Below are positions 12,183 through 24,952 of a stretch of DNA of 64,000 bases, in pieces; the first letter of the stretch is position 1; the number at the start of each line of letters is the position of its first letter. A model generated the notes under the pieces. That model made no database searches and had not been told where the DNA came from. It saw only the letters and a list, made by a program, of their open reading frames with translations. The position numbers and the translations under genes were made by a program. The DNA comes from Takakia lepidozioides. Its lineage: Eukaryota > Plantae > Bryophyta. The stretch is taken from assembly GCA_030704615.1 (NCBI GenBank), contig CM060731.1, positions 95,356,001 to 95,420,000 on the forward strand. Reading direction: 5' to 3'.

Positions 12183-13839
12183 TCCTTGCCTAGGTTCTCT
12201 AGCTGTTGTCCTTCTGTTGTAGTAACAATTCTCAGTAAAATGGTTATCCATTTTACAGATAGTACAGTTTTCTCCTTCATGTGGCATTCAGTGGTGGTAT
12301 GGCCTTTATTCTGGCACTTTGCATACGAAACACCCTTCCTCCAATGTGTTGCAGCCTCTGTGGCATACTTCTTCAAGATTTCTTCTCATCTTTTCTCATA
12401 GTTATCCCTCTTCAACTTCTCCTTTCTCTTACTCTTCCTTTTCAGCTCTTGCTCTTCTTCCTCATCTGACTCATCCTCAGAGTCCTCATCATCCCTTTTC
12501 TCTCTCCTGAGCATTCCCAATTGCTCAATTTTGTTCGCTGTTTCAAATGCCTCCTCCACTGTATTATGGGGTAACATATCCACTTTCTTTTGCAACTCTG
12601 GTCTTAGTCCACTCACAAACCAAGTCTTCTGTAAACCTGGTGCTGGTACAGCAGCCAGCTTTTTCATCATCAATTCCATTTTTTCCATATACTCCTCAAC
12701 AGTTTCATGCTCCTTTTGCTTTAACTGTTGTAAATTCCATACACTTCATCCTCAATTTTACTTGTCCTGAACCTATTTCGGAATGTTGTATTCAAGCCAT
12801 TCCAGGTTAGGAAATGAATATCAGGGAATCTTGCATACCATTCACTTGCTTTCTTGATAAGTGAACAAGGAAACAATCTCATCTTGGCATCATCGTCATT
12901 CTCATTGTTCACAATACACATGTGCTCAAATTGGCTAATGTGTACATCAGGATCCCCTTTTCTTGAATATATTGGAAAAGGTGGTTTGCTCGTGTTGGTT
13001 GTAATGCCATCTGTGGCCCTACCTTCTGCCCACTGACAGATGCTGGCCCCCTTGCTGGTGCTGGTCCTTGAGGACTTGTTGTAGTTGTGGTGGATCTTCC
13101 ACCCAGTGGTGGCCCCTGAGCACTCCCTGCTACTGGCCCCACGATATTCACAGTATTCCCAGCTCCAGTTGCACTACTTCCCACACTCCCTGTCCCCCCA
13201 GAGCCAGATCCAGGCTGCCCACCTGATCCCCCTGAGCCGACACCTTCGTTGGCCTGTGGTCCAAGTGCTCCACTTGATCCAGGTCCAACGGGTTGGGATG
13301 TCCTGGTTGTAGTCTCAACCTTAGCTGTTGGGTCTACTTCTTCATACTCTTCCTCTTCCAATTTCTTCTCTCTGTTTTCATCCTCCAAGTTCTGCCCTTG
13401 GTTTCTTCTTCACTCATGTAACTCACTGCAATGGTGTTGGAGAGTCTGAACTCTCCGTTGGCTCTGCCACATCCTCTCCTCCTTCTTCACCTTCCGTTTC
13501 AGAAACTAGAGTTCCTGCTTTTGGTGTTCCATGCCAACTCTTATCAAAGATTTCTGTCAAATCTTTTATCCAGGGATGTACCTCAGATCTTTCACCTCGT
13601 GGTTGATCTTCTTCCCGTACCAATTCCCTTAATCTTTCTTGCAAAGAAAAAGAAGGAGTGGCATCCAACTCTAGTTCTTCCGGTATGGGTGATGTACTCT
13701 CTGATCTTAATGGTGTGAGAGGTCCAGATGATTCCCCTATGTCTATTCCTCTCTCCCAAAGATATGGATAATTAGCTTTCAGATAACTTTCTCTTTTTGC
13801 TGAATATCTCTGGAGTCTAGCTTCTCTTTCATCACTCAT
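12183..13839 (-). pseudogene. gag: Ty3/gypsy-type gag region, frameshifted
   Basis: Retrotransposon-gag-like MRLFPCSLIKKASEWYARF..TWNGLNTTFRNRF and FVSGLRPELQKKV..TVEEAFETANKIE, then zinc knuckles (C)QNKGHTTTEC and CTICKMDNHFTENC. Confidence 0.8.
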
Positions 13840-14033
13840 GTCCCATGTCTTTCATTTCTTTAATGTGACAATAACCAAAACTCTCTTCTGTAGTATCTCT
13901 CGTATATGCCTGGGTTTCTTTCAAGCTTTAATGCACCCTTGGCTATACTAGAAGTCTCCGTTACCATATAACCATATGGCAAAGTCTTTTTCTTTTTTGG
14001 GTTGTAGGCAAGGAAAGGCCTAACGGAGCCCAT

Positions 14034-14500
14034 TTAAAACGAGGAAAAACAAGTCTGGAAAGCTGTTCTTGGTGTGAGTTTGATCCACAGAATATCCTTT
14101 GGAATCCAATTCTTTACCAGTACAAGCTCTTCATGCATATGAGTATAAACACTCACCTTCCTTTCCTCCCAGCCTTCAAACTCTACTCGCTTAATGGATA
14201 GCAACGCTATCACATAAACCAGTGTTGGTAACCAACGTGCTCTTCCTCTACAGGCCACCTGATAAATCTTTATCACCCATTTCTCCAGACCCCACTCAGG
14301 GTCAGCATCATGCACTCTCTTAAGAATGTTTTCTTTACAACCGTCTGGCAATTCCAAGAACCTCTGAAAGAATTGTTTGGACAATCTTTCCTTCTCAGTT
14401 TCACAGGGAATTTGATTCACATCAAATTCTTTAATTCTCCATCCACCATGATCCCACCAGATGCCTGTCACATCTGGTTGTTCATGACCCAGTTCCCCAG
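14034..14500 (-). pseudogene. 3' part of an extra ORF (ORF0) upstream of gag, split by element B
   Basis: Removing 14501-37300 joins 37421-37301 (MTDCTER...TFGDH) in frame to TGELGHEQPDVTGIWWDHGG... ending at 14034. Confidence 0.7.
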
Positions 14501-14729
14501 GAGGTTAGCTATTTCATGAGCATGAGCGGCATGAGCGGCATGAGCGGAGTAGTAAGACAATCGGTTTTCATGAGCAGAAGTACAAATTTCGAAAATAAAA
14601 AACAATAAAAAACATTAATTTAGGAAAAACAAATATATTATTCGGCCCCTTGAAGGGAAAATTGTAGTTTTGACAGTTGTGCTCATGATATTTCGTCTTC
14701 CGCTCATGCCAATTCCCAGCGACATGTGC

Positions 14730-15166
14730 AAATATGGCGCCGAATTTCGCGGTAATAGGGTCCGTAACCTGAAAAAACGGCGACGTATTTCGCGGTAATA
14801 GGTCTCTCTGGCGAAAAATGGTGCCGAATTCCGCGGCTATAGGTCCCCTCATGACAGGTAATTCGGCGCCATTTTTCCAGTGCATGTTCGGACTTAGCCA
14901 GTTTTCGGCGCAAAATAGGGAAATTCGGCGCCATTTTTCCAGACATTGTACCAGTGCATGTTGGGACTTAGCCAGTTTTCGGCCCAAAAAAGAGAAATTC
15001 GGCGCCATTTTTCCAGACACGATACCAGTGCATGTTGGGACTTAGCCAGTTTTCGGCCCAAAAAAGAGAAATTCGGCGCCATTTTCCCAGACACAGGTAC
15101 CAGTGCATGTTGGGACTTAGCCAGTTTTCGGCCCCAAAAAGAGAAATTCGGCGCCATTTTTCCAGA
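14730..15166. repeat. Family-B left-arm tandem repeat (~74-75 bp x4) containing GAAATTCGGCGCCATTTTTCC
   Basis: Units start at 14877, 14951, 15025, 15100; degenerate palindromes AATGGYGCCGAATT upstream. Confidence 0.88.
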
Positions 15167-15319
15167 AATGGCCCCACAACTGCTTCTATTGGATCTCAGT
15201 TTGAATGGAATATTGCCTCATTCCAGGAGTTTTGGGGTGCATTTCATTACACTGCAAAAAAAGTCTGATACAGCAAAATGCAATTGAAAATATCCATATG
15301 GAGGATTCCCTTTGCCCCA

Positions 15320-17004
15320 TCAATGATTTCTGGAATCCCTAAGGAGGAGTTTGTGCAGCTCGTTCACGCTCAACGCCGGTGCATGAATAAAGTCATCAAT
15401 AGTCACGTTCATCCTCAACCTCTTCAGGTAAATGTAATACAAATGCTTGCACGGATAATACTTCGAACCCTTCTTTGCTTCCATCAACGAGAAGTCCGTA
15501 CAATTGCAAGTCGGCTCCACTCCAATCGTAATTGTGTATACATCGTCGCGTACAGCCGAGCCGACCGTTGCCATCCGATACACACGCCCAAGGCCGGGTG
15601 GGGGTACGTCCACGGAGCTCTGAATAGTGCAAGCCATCCCAAGAGCATTGGCAATCTGAGTCTCATTCAACTTGTTGGGAGGGTGTCGTCTCTTCACTCT
15701 TCCGAATCGCATTGTGGGATGTGCAGAATTGTCCAATCCGTCTCTACTGGACCGAGCAGTCTGCATGGCTGGGTCTGAGGAACCGGAAATGCGTGGGCCG
15801 GGATGTCTGTGCGTTGCACCATTCGAAATCCTGCTGCAGATAGAGCATCCGCCTCATTCTGAGAGAGGCTGCAACCCGGTGCAACAGGCCAGACGCCCGG
15901 AGGCTCCGGCATTCCCTGAATCCCGTACTTGGGCTTGCCAAATACACAGGTCATTATGTCGTGCCTACAGAACCAAAATGTCTGCGTTGTGGCGTGAGCA
16001 AATGTGGGAGTTAAAATCTGCCGCTGAAACAAGGTGCAGGTACAGCACCGTGTGGGTTCCTCCGAATCATCTCACCACAGTGTGCTCTCGTATCCACCGG
16101 GATGGCGCGACACTTCCCTCGAAATGCCGGCAATGTCCTCGCAATTTTCCACTGTGACTCCGACACTCTTGTCTCCACAATGGGAATGTTGTACTGCTTT
16201 ACTACAGATGGCTCGTTATGTTGCCGGGGCACGCGCCCTGTGCTCAAAGGAGATGGCGATCTTGAACGTGCAGGACTTGCGGTGCTCGACGAGACCTCCT
16301 CAGGCAACATCACCGGACCACGAGGGAGCGTGCGAATATTCTTGTCAGCTCGCCATGAATCATCTTCTCCGCCAGGTGCCTCGTCAAGTCTTCGTCTCAC
16401 TGGACGGGTATGAACATCTCCTTCCAAATGTTGGCCTCTTCGCAGCAATGACGTGTCCCGAAGGCCCTCTCGCAAGGCCGCCGCCCACTTCCGAGGATTC
16501 TTCGATCTAGAGGCAGTCCGCATTAGAATTTCCTGCCTGTCCGGCCCCAAGCCCCACTGTTTCCCTTTCAAGAACTCGTTGTACCTGCATTGCTGCATAA
16601 TTGACCTCACAATGTCCTCCGTTGTGGCAGTGAGGATGTCCACCAGATGCGCCGCAGAGGAGGCACGCCAGGAAGAGTGCAGTGATTCAGCCATGTTTGT
16701 CGTGGGCATGTCGGTGTCGTAGTCGAGACACATTTCCTGCACAAGCACATATTGAGGTTACAAGCAAGTTACAAATATGGCCAAGAATAATATTCAACGG
16801 GACGCGAATTCGTGCAACTCACCTCCCGCATATAGTCGCTGAACTGGAGGAAACGATAATGCCACCATGCTAGCCAACTGACCATTGCTCCCTCGTCTGA
16901 TTTCCTTACAGCACCTGACGATGTCCACCAAGCCCGTATACATGCAAACTGTGTCTCTGCATCATCCAAGGTGGGAGCGCGCTTCCACACAAGGCACATG
17001 GAAC
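15320..17004 (-). pseudogene. Family-B transposase remnant (end of exon 1, exon 2 with SWIM)
   Basis: WLAWWHYRFLQFSDYMRE|intron|EMCLDYDTDMPTTNMAESLHSSW and SWIM CNCTDF..PCKHLYYIY; homologous to the A2 transposase; frameshifts; N-terminal part deleted. Confidence 0.85.
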
Positions 17005-17365
17005 GGTGAATTACGGTGAATTACCTGGCGAATTTCGCGCGCCGCCCTACCTTGCAGGATGGAAATTCGGCGCTAAATTTCCATCCTGCTTGGCTCCGAA
17101 TTACCTGCATGAGGGAAATTTCGCGCACCGCCCTACGTGCGCGGATGGAAATCCAGCGCCGGATTTCCATCCATCCGCTTCTGAATTACCTGCGTGAGGG
17201 AAATTTCGCGCGCCGCCCTACTTTGCAGGATGGAAATTCGGCGCTGAATTTCCATCCTGCTACGCTCCGAATTACCTGCAGGATGGAAATCCGGCGCCGG
17301 ATTTCCATCCTACAGCGCTCCGAATTACCTCTACGTTGGAAATTCCGGGCCGAGTTCCGTCGTTT
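17005..17365. repeat. Family-B central palindrome array (GGATGGAAATTCGGCGCYRAATTTCCATCC)
   Basis: Full or half sites at 17061, 17114, 17147, 17199, 17232, 17285, 17338 (spacings 53/33/52/33/53/53), between transposase and gene X. Confidence 0.85.
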
Positions 17366-17547
17366 TTCATCCGACATTTAATTGCGCAGTTGGGCAATAG
17401 ATGTCCACCGCCGTCCATTTTCATTCGGGCTGGCAACACATGGCTTCCTGGATACGTACCCTAAATCTGATGCTAATCTTGGCTTAACATGCTATTCGAG
17501 GCATGTACCCCAAAAACGGAGATCTTTTTCCATTTTGGCTGGGACTT

Positions 17548-20031
17548 ATGCTGCCTGAAGGGCGTGGCTCTCCTGAGAGAGACCTCACATCCAGACCGTG
17601 GCGGAAGTTGAAAGCTCTGTACTACGGACGACGGCCAATCTCTCGCATGGCCAAACTGAAGCTCCAGCAGGAGATTCCAGTGTCTTGCTCACAACCCGCG
17701 CCAACTGAAGCCGAGTACTCTCAGGCAAGCCACTTCTGCTTTCGCTTTGTTCGATTTCGCTTTCGCTTTGTTGCCTCGCTTTGTTTTTGCATCTTCATCC
17801 TGGCTTCGCTGGATGAGTGAACCTTAGATAGTTGAGTGAACCTTACATTGTTTGCAATGCGTGTGCAAATCCGGCAGCTCTGGGCCCGTCCAAGCAAAGA
17901 AGAAGAAGAAAGCCAAGCACGTGCAATCCCCGGCGCGAGAGCCGTCACGGGTTGCGGAGGGGGGAGTTCGCAGTGCGCGCGAGGGTGTCAGTTCGCCTAC
18001 CTCAAAGGTGGTCGTCCATCCGGGCTCCCCTGCTACTAGCCCTAATAAGAAACAGAAAGCCTATGAGAGGGCAAAAGAGAGGGCAAAAGAACAGGCAAGA
18101 CACAAGGCTAGCCAGGAGGAAAGAGAAAAGGCCACTGAAGAGGCTAGGGGTTCCGAACTGACAGATTCCCATGTAAGTGAGGGACGCACAGAGACGGTGG
18201 ATCCCTCCAAGACACCACAAAGAGGCAGCAACACACCAGTTAGACCATCGCGGGTAAGAGCAGCCCTTGCAATTACCCATACGGTGGAGAGTGGAGGAGA
18301 GGAAAGAATACCAGAAAGAGCACGGATTGTGCAGGTTCGAGGTGAAGCCAGGGAGAGGGCAGTAGAGACGGGGAGAGTGCTGGAGGTGGTTTCGCAGGTG
18401 GCTGACCCTGTTGAGGAGGACGACAGGGAGCTTTCTGACCAGGATGACATCCTCCCAGACATCCCCAGGCCCCAAACCCGAAGCATATAGGCTGGATTTG
18501 GCGGTCCTGGTGGGCTGCCGGAAAACCCCTCTGCAGCAGACGTCATGTCGGAGGCGGATATGAAGTTGGCCGCTGCCAAGATGGTGGAGGCAACCCACAA
18601 CAACATTGGCAGGGTGCTGGGGGGCATGGTGTACCCGGCCAAGCTTCGAATTCCCCTTTGCCGCTTGGTGTCATTGCAGGTGGTGAGACCTGCCCTCCCA
18701 GGCGATATCGACAAGCTGAAATTCTCTTTCCGGGATGGATATCGAATGGGGTCTGCCGCGTTTTACGTTTCCATTGAGAACGACCACGGAGCTTCCCGTG
18801 CCCACACTTCCGATGAGGTGGACAAATGGGGTCCCCATTGGCAAACGCGAAATGAGGAATTTGAGAGATCGATTGCTAGTGATCCTCTTTTCCAGCACTT
18901 GTCCGGTAAGATGTTCTACGTGTGGGACGGCAATCATCGCCTCCTGGCATGGATGGAGCACATTGCCCAAGCCCACCCCAACGACCTCGATTGGCATTTC
19001 GCCATGGAGTGTGTTGTGCTGAAGGTTGCGGGGCTCAAAGATCGCAGTCTTCTCAAAGCTGCAATGGCGGACATCAACTCGTAAGTTACAATGCCTCTCG
19101 CTTTTGGACTTTGAATTTGGCAGTCAATTCATTGCGAATCCTCATATATGATGAAAATTCCCATTTCAGTATTGTTTGATGGAAATGTTGCACTGCAGGG
19201 TGACTGAGAATGCCTTCATTGCCACCAACTTGTCCCATATGCTCTTCCGAGTGAAGGATGTCGGGAAGCAGGGGGTGCAAGAGTTTGCCAATTCCCTCAG
19301 TGCTGACCTCCTGTGCAAGTCGGAGGCAAAGGCAGACAGAACCTGGTATAGGCTGAGCGTCGACGCCATGGTGGACTACATATTTCGGGTAAAGCTACTG
19401 ACAGTTTTGTTGAGCTAATCTATCTCTCCTCCCCCAATAGAAGAAAAGGTCTTCACCGTGATTTTTAATCTCCTCCCCCAATAGAAGAAATTGTGTTGAG
19501 CAGGATCTCTAATCTTATGTGCGCATTCTTGACAGACAAAAATATAGCAGGATTTGGCACATGCGCGGAGGTTCTACATGGAGTCAGAGGAGAAGAATCC
19601 AACCCTCCCGGCACTCGAATCGTATGTCAAAGCTGTGGAGGTGAGGGCCCGCATAAAGTACAAGTCGCGGATGGTAAAGTACGTGGCCATAGCTGATCCC
19701 GCCCTTGGTGCCGACTTTCTGGTGGAGGTGGGGAAGCACTACTCTCGCACTCTGAAGCCCACGATGACGTTGGAGAAGCTCCATCGTCTAGCCACATCCT
19801 GTGTGGATGCAACAGAAAAGGTGATACATTCTTAACCAAATTGTGGTGGCAACAACTCGTTTTAGTGGTGTTTGGCGCTTACGAATATGCTGGGTGGTTG
19901 GACAGACCCGGTGGTTCCAAATCTGGAATGGTTCCCAAAGTACCAGGGACATGTGGAGCTTCCCCAAACCGGACAAACTCTCTGACCCCACATTCGACAT
20001 GTGGATGAACCGCATGACATGGTGGTTTCAG
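17548..20031 (+). pseudogene. Family-B gene X, 5' exons (basic exon 1, ParB/Srx-like domain, helical region)
   Basis: MLPEG..RKLKALYYGRRP matches family-A exon 1; RIPLCRLV..WDGNHRLLAW; same intron positions; in-frame TAG at 18488-18490. Confidence 0.8.
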
Positions 20032-20064
20032 GTACTTCCCCACGCTTCGTTTGGGGCTTCTACT

Positions 20065-20166
20065 GAGGTTTACTATTTCATGAGCAGAAACCATGAGCCA
20101 TGAGCCATGAGCCGCATGAGCCGCATGAGCGGTGAGCCGAAGTCTAAGATACGCGGATTTCATGAG
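20065..20166 (+). repeat. Left TIR plus CATGAGC subterminal repeats of A2
   Basis: CATGAGC repeated about 7 times; the inverse GCTCATG is repeated at the right end. Confidence 0.85.
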
Positions 20167-20915
20167 CGGACTCCTCCAAATTTGGAAATGCGGCAGATTA
20201 AACAAGTATTAAAATAATAGTTTTTTATTTGACCTTGCTGTTTTTGGACGTTCCAGATCATGTAATGCGGCGAAGATATGTCGTCAGTAACAAGTCCGCT
20301 CATGGTTTTATAGATCCGCTCATGGAAATAAGTGACCGTGCAACGGGAAATCCAGTATACCACTGCAAAAGGACGTCGCATACTGGCCTGTATAGAGTAT
20401 TCCGCGGTTTTACATGCCTTAACATTGGAATGAAGCTGACCCTTTTGCCGCGATTGAACCAATGGAGTCTGCACCAATACAGTCTGCAGTACTTCACAAT
20501 TCTGTCTTCTTCGGGTATTCGGCGGGAAAGGTTTGCAACTGAACTGGGAAATAGGGTGCCGCATTAGGGATCGCACGTGCGAAATTTCGGAGCGGTTTGG
20601 TGTTGGCGAAGGCCGCCTCTGGGGGTACCTACGACGATACTTGGAAATTCGGCGCCGCATTTCCTTGTCGGAGGTCGAATGAGGAGAGCAAGTTTTCGGA
20701 AAGCAGAAAAACATGAACCCTCCAACATACAAAAATACATGCACGTGGAAACAAGTGAACGATATAGTAATATCTTAGTTCGATCAAAACAGGTTACTTG
20801 TAGGCAAGACATATGTCGGACCTTTGTGTGGCCAGAGTCTGAGGTACTGGCAGCAGTACAGTTCTACTATCCGAAAAGGATGGGCGTACCATTGTATGTG
20901 GACCGCAAGCCAAGC

Positions 20916-23900
20916 TCACTGGTCCCCTGGATCCATATTCAGAAGAGTGTGAACCTCCTGGGGGCTCAACCCTGGTGCATGTATGAAGTGATGAGTTGTG
21001 GAATTACAACGGAGTCTCTTTAGGTACACGTAGTACAAATGCTTGCAAGGGCAGTATGATGCCCCCTTGTTCGCCATGATCTGGAAGTCGGTGCAATTGC
21101 AGGTGGGTAATTCTGAAATGGTGATGGTGTACACCTCATTGCGAACAGCTGAGCCCGCCGTGGCCATCTGATACACACGCCCGAATCCTGGTGGGGGCAC
21201 TTCTGTCGAGCTCTGGATTGTACAGTTCATCCGAAGTGCATTCCCCATCCTTGTCTCGTTCACTTTTGAGGGAGGTCGCCGCCTCTTCGGTTTCCCCCAA
21301 CGGTGTGTAGGATGCTTAGAGCTGTCGTGTCCCATTGTTCTTGCTCTCACAGGGGTCGGTGCTGGAGGCTGTGGAAGCGGAAATGGTTCTCTGGGGACGT
21401 CAGTGCGTTGCACCATCCGAAATCCTGCGGCGGTAAGGGCGTCGGCCTCAACCTGACTCAGATCGCAGCCTGGTTCCACCGGCCACACCGGGGGAGCCTC
21501 TGGCATTGTCTGTATGCCGTACTTGGGCTTTCCATACACGCAAGTCATAATGTCGTGCCTGCAGAACCAGAACTGGGTGGTTGTCGCCTCCGCAAACTTT
21601 GCATGGACAAATCTTCCTGTAAAAGTAGGAGCAGGGACAGCCCCATCTGGATTCCTCCTTATCATCTCTAAACAACGTTGCCGTGTATCCACACGAATTG
21701 CGGAACACCTTCCTCGAAACGACGGCTTTGTGCGAGCAATTCTCCACTGTGAGGCAGACACAGTCGTCTCCACAATGGCTTGGCCATACTGCATAACAGC
21801 GGGCGGAATGTGGGGCAAGGGAGCGGTGGGAATTTGTTGCACGAAATCCCCGGTTGAAGGCGACGGCGATCTGGAATTTCTTGGGCTTCCACTGCTGGAA
21901 GACACATTGTGCGGCAACATGACGGGACCTCGAGGTGCTGTCCGAATGTTCATGTCGGATCTCCAGGAATCCTCTTCGCACCCGGGTTCCTCTTCAATCC
22001 TCCGCCTGACAGGGCGAGTCCGGACGTCGCCCTCTAGGTGTTCACCTCTGCGGTGCAGAGGCGTCCCTTTGATCTTGTCTCGCAATGCTGTCGCCCATTT
22101 CACTGGATTCTTGGACCTCGAAGCTGTTCGTACCAACAATTCCTCCCTGTCCGGCCCAAAGCCCCATTGTTTGCCGCTCAGGAACTTGTAGTACGTGGCT
22201 TGCTGCATGATTGCTCTGTCGATGTCCTCCGTTGTGGCCGTCACTACGTCCACCAGATGTGCGGCAGAAGACGCTCGCCAGGAGGAGTGGACCGATTCTG
22301 CCATATTCGTGTTCGGCATGTCCGTGTCGGAATCCAAGCACCGCTCCTAGAAGGACACAAACAACGGTGAGGGACCAATCCAAATGTCCGTAACAGAAAG
22401 ACAAATGAACGAAATTGACAGCAGCCTACCTCCCGCATGTACTGTCCGAACTGTCGATACCGAAAATGCCACCACCCCAACCAGCTGTGCAATGCTCCCA
22501 GATTGGTTGTCTCCACTGCACCTGACGTGTTCCACCAAGCCTCGATGATAGCAAACTTAACCTCCGCATCATCAAATGTGGGTGCATCCTTCCACGCCGT
22601 ACAAAGGACACGGTGTTCAGCCTGGAATGAGCTAGCAACAAATTTGGTAGTGTAGTGGGATAGACTCTGCATCCAATGGAATCCACAGGATCTCTCTTTC
22701 CCCTCCATTGGAACATTGGGGTCCTCACCGTACACACGCCGCACCGCTGCCCAGTTGGCCTGAGCGTTGTCTGCCATGAATCCCCTGAAATTGGGCTCTG
22801 GCAATCCCGCCCTTGCCATCTGCTCGTTTATGCCCTCCCACAGATGCATCTCGGACTGTGTGTCCTCCCCTTTCATCTCGCAGATTGCAATCGTCATGAG
22901 CCTCTTGGAGTGATAGTCATAAACATGCGCACCCATAGTCACCCACTGATGGTTTGTAATTCGCTTGATGTGATCAAACATCACCCAAGCATTCGACAAG
23001 TTTCCAGTTGTCATGCGAGTGACCAAGTCGACTCCACTCCCAGGCCCACACGTCGACATTTTGAAAATGTAACAACGATCGGATTCGCTGCCTTGCCCTG
23101 GAAACCTGCTACCTTGGATGTAGTCATATCCAGTCATTCGTTTCACCTCCAGGATTGAGTACATGTCCGACCCCCTGCCGAACTCCTGCTTGCAAGATAC
23201 GATGTGATTCCGCACATTCGGACTACAAACGTGCGAGACGGACTCCAAGAGGTCACGCATCTCGTCTTCGGTCAAGGGCTCTCGGTCGGAACCATCTTCA
23301 GACATGATTTTGCCAAGAGCAATCTTGTGGGCTGCCTTCAGCTGAATCTGCTTTGGTCTGGCTCCGGGGCTCAATTTGACCTCCTCTTTTATGATGTCGT
23401 GTGCTTCCTGCACAGCCTCACGCATGTTGCCTCTCGCCAAGGGGTGGCAGTGGACCCCAACGTGTATGCAAGCTCTAGTCAAGTCCGGGAGCAAATGGAT
23501 TACGTAATATTGCTTGGCTCTGCACATGGACATGCACGTCGGTGGTTCTTTGCAATGTGCACACTTGAAAGAACCCGCAGGAGCTTGGCTGGAGACAATG
23601 AATGGATGATGCGTTGTGCCAGTCCAATCCGTCTCGTTTCTCCGCCCTCCTTTGGAGAGAAAGTGGAAGCAGGTGGGATTGAGGCACCTCAGCTTCCCCG
23701 CACAGAGGACATATCGTACACGAACACCATCAGCAATTTTCGTGCTACTGGTCTTCGTCACACACCAGGGGTGTCCGTCATGCTTTCGATCCATGTCTGT
23801 TAACATCCCGGAGGCTTTGTTTGACGAAGAAACAGGTGGAAACTCGAAGATGACATTGCCATCGACTTCGGGAGGCAGAAAAGTTACCTTTCTGACTGGG

Positions 23901-24523
23901 AATTTGGCATAGTCGAGAGCAGCCAGCTCGGAGCGAGAACCATCGAGGTGATGTTGTCGTAGGAGCTGCACAATGGACCGGGTTGGAGTTATGCTCGAGG
24001 GCACATGCGTAGCACCTACAGAGACGTCCATGCCGGATTTGAACGACCGTGTGGAGGACATGGGTACCTCAATGCAATCATCTTCCTCGTCGGAAATGTC
24101 GAATACGTCCACACGAGAAGCTATGGAGGGTCTTGACGGTCCAGGTCGGGAATGATTATCGTTGCATACCTCTCTGTTGGCAGTGGCCGCCTCTCGGTTT
24201 CCGGACTCCTTTGTGGATGGTGTGGGCAGCGACTGATTCGGAAAGGGAATGGGCATTCCCACAGCTCGGTACAGGATGGTGTCTGACGGAGGAACGTGCC
24301 ATTCGATTCCGCAACCTCCGTCATTACCTAGCACGACAATGGTCTCGTCAACCTGTCCAGGAACATCCTTCCTTTCTTCTTCCAAATAAACTGTGCCCGG
24401 TTTGAGCTTGAATTTGGAACAAAGGTAAGTTTCAGTCACTCTGCAAAGTCCTCCCTCGTTTGGGATCCAGGCTCTCCCAAGTTGCAGAGGACAGCAAACT
24501 ATAGCGTAGGAATTCGGAGCCAT
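20916..24523 (-). CDS. Mutator-like DDE transposase with GCM/WRKY-like DNA-binding domain and C-terminal SWIM zinc finger (~1170 aa; exons 24523-22430 and 22346-20916)
   Basis: DGHPW..CAGKLRC..CAHC..C..GVHCHP (GCM/WRKY-like); WVMFD..FMAD..CGFHW (D, D, CxxH); TNMAESVHSSW (E); CNCTDF..CKH (SWIM). Phase-0 GT-AG intron 22429-22347 conserved in family B. Both exons open; start codon inferred. Confidence 0.88.
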
Positions 24524-24952
24524 CGAACACCGCACGGAGTTGGCAAGTGCGAGGTTCCGTATAGCGACAGACCAAGGCTCACAGGCACCATCTAAGTGGA
24601 TCTGCGGAGTCCATCGACAATTGGAAGTCGCACATTGAAGTGGAAAGTATTGTTTCAAGCTACATGCATGAAGGTGGGAGGTTTGATTCCATAGCCAGTG
24701 AGTAGGACAATGATGGCCGATTCGGCGACGAAATAACATCTCCTGACAGTTTCTCCTGAGGGTGGATCCAGCAGTATTCTCGGTGCAGACAGGAACGTTC
24801 GCACTGACAAGTGCCAGGACTGCTGGTTAAAACGGTCAGACAACCAAGTTGTGCTCATCAAGACTGGCCGCAATTGTGTTGTTTCGGAACAATGCAACCC
24901 ATTGAGGTTCCAGATTTCCCGTCCCGAGTGATTCTGTCGATTGCTGGTGGAC

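Noticed and set aside
11225-12376. ORFs of 200-320 aa spanning poly-X
   Set aside because: Artefacts of the 500-N gap.
19420-19490. Short direct duplication (TCTCCTCCCCCAATAGAAGAAA) in a family-B intron
   Set aside because: Isolated local duplication with no termini or other copies seen.
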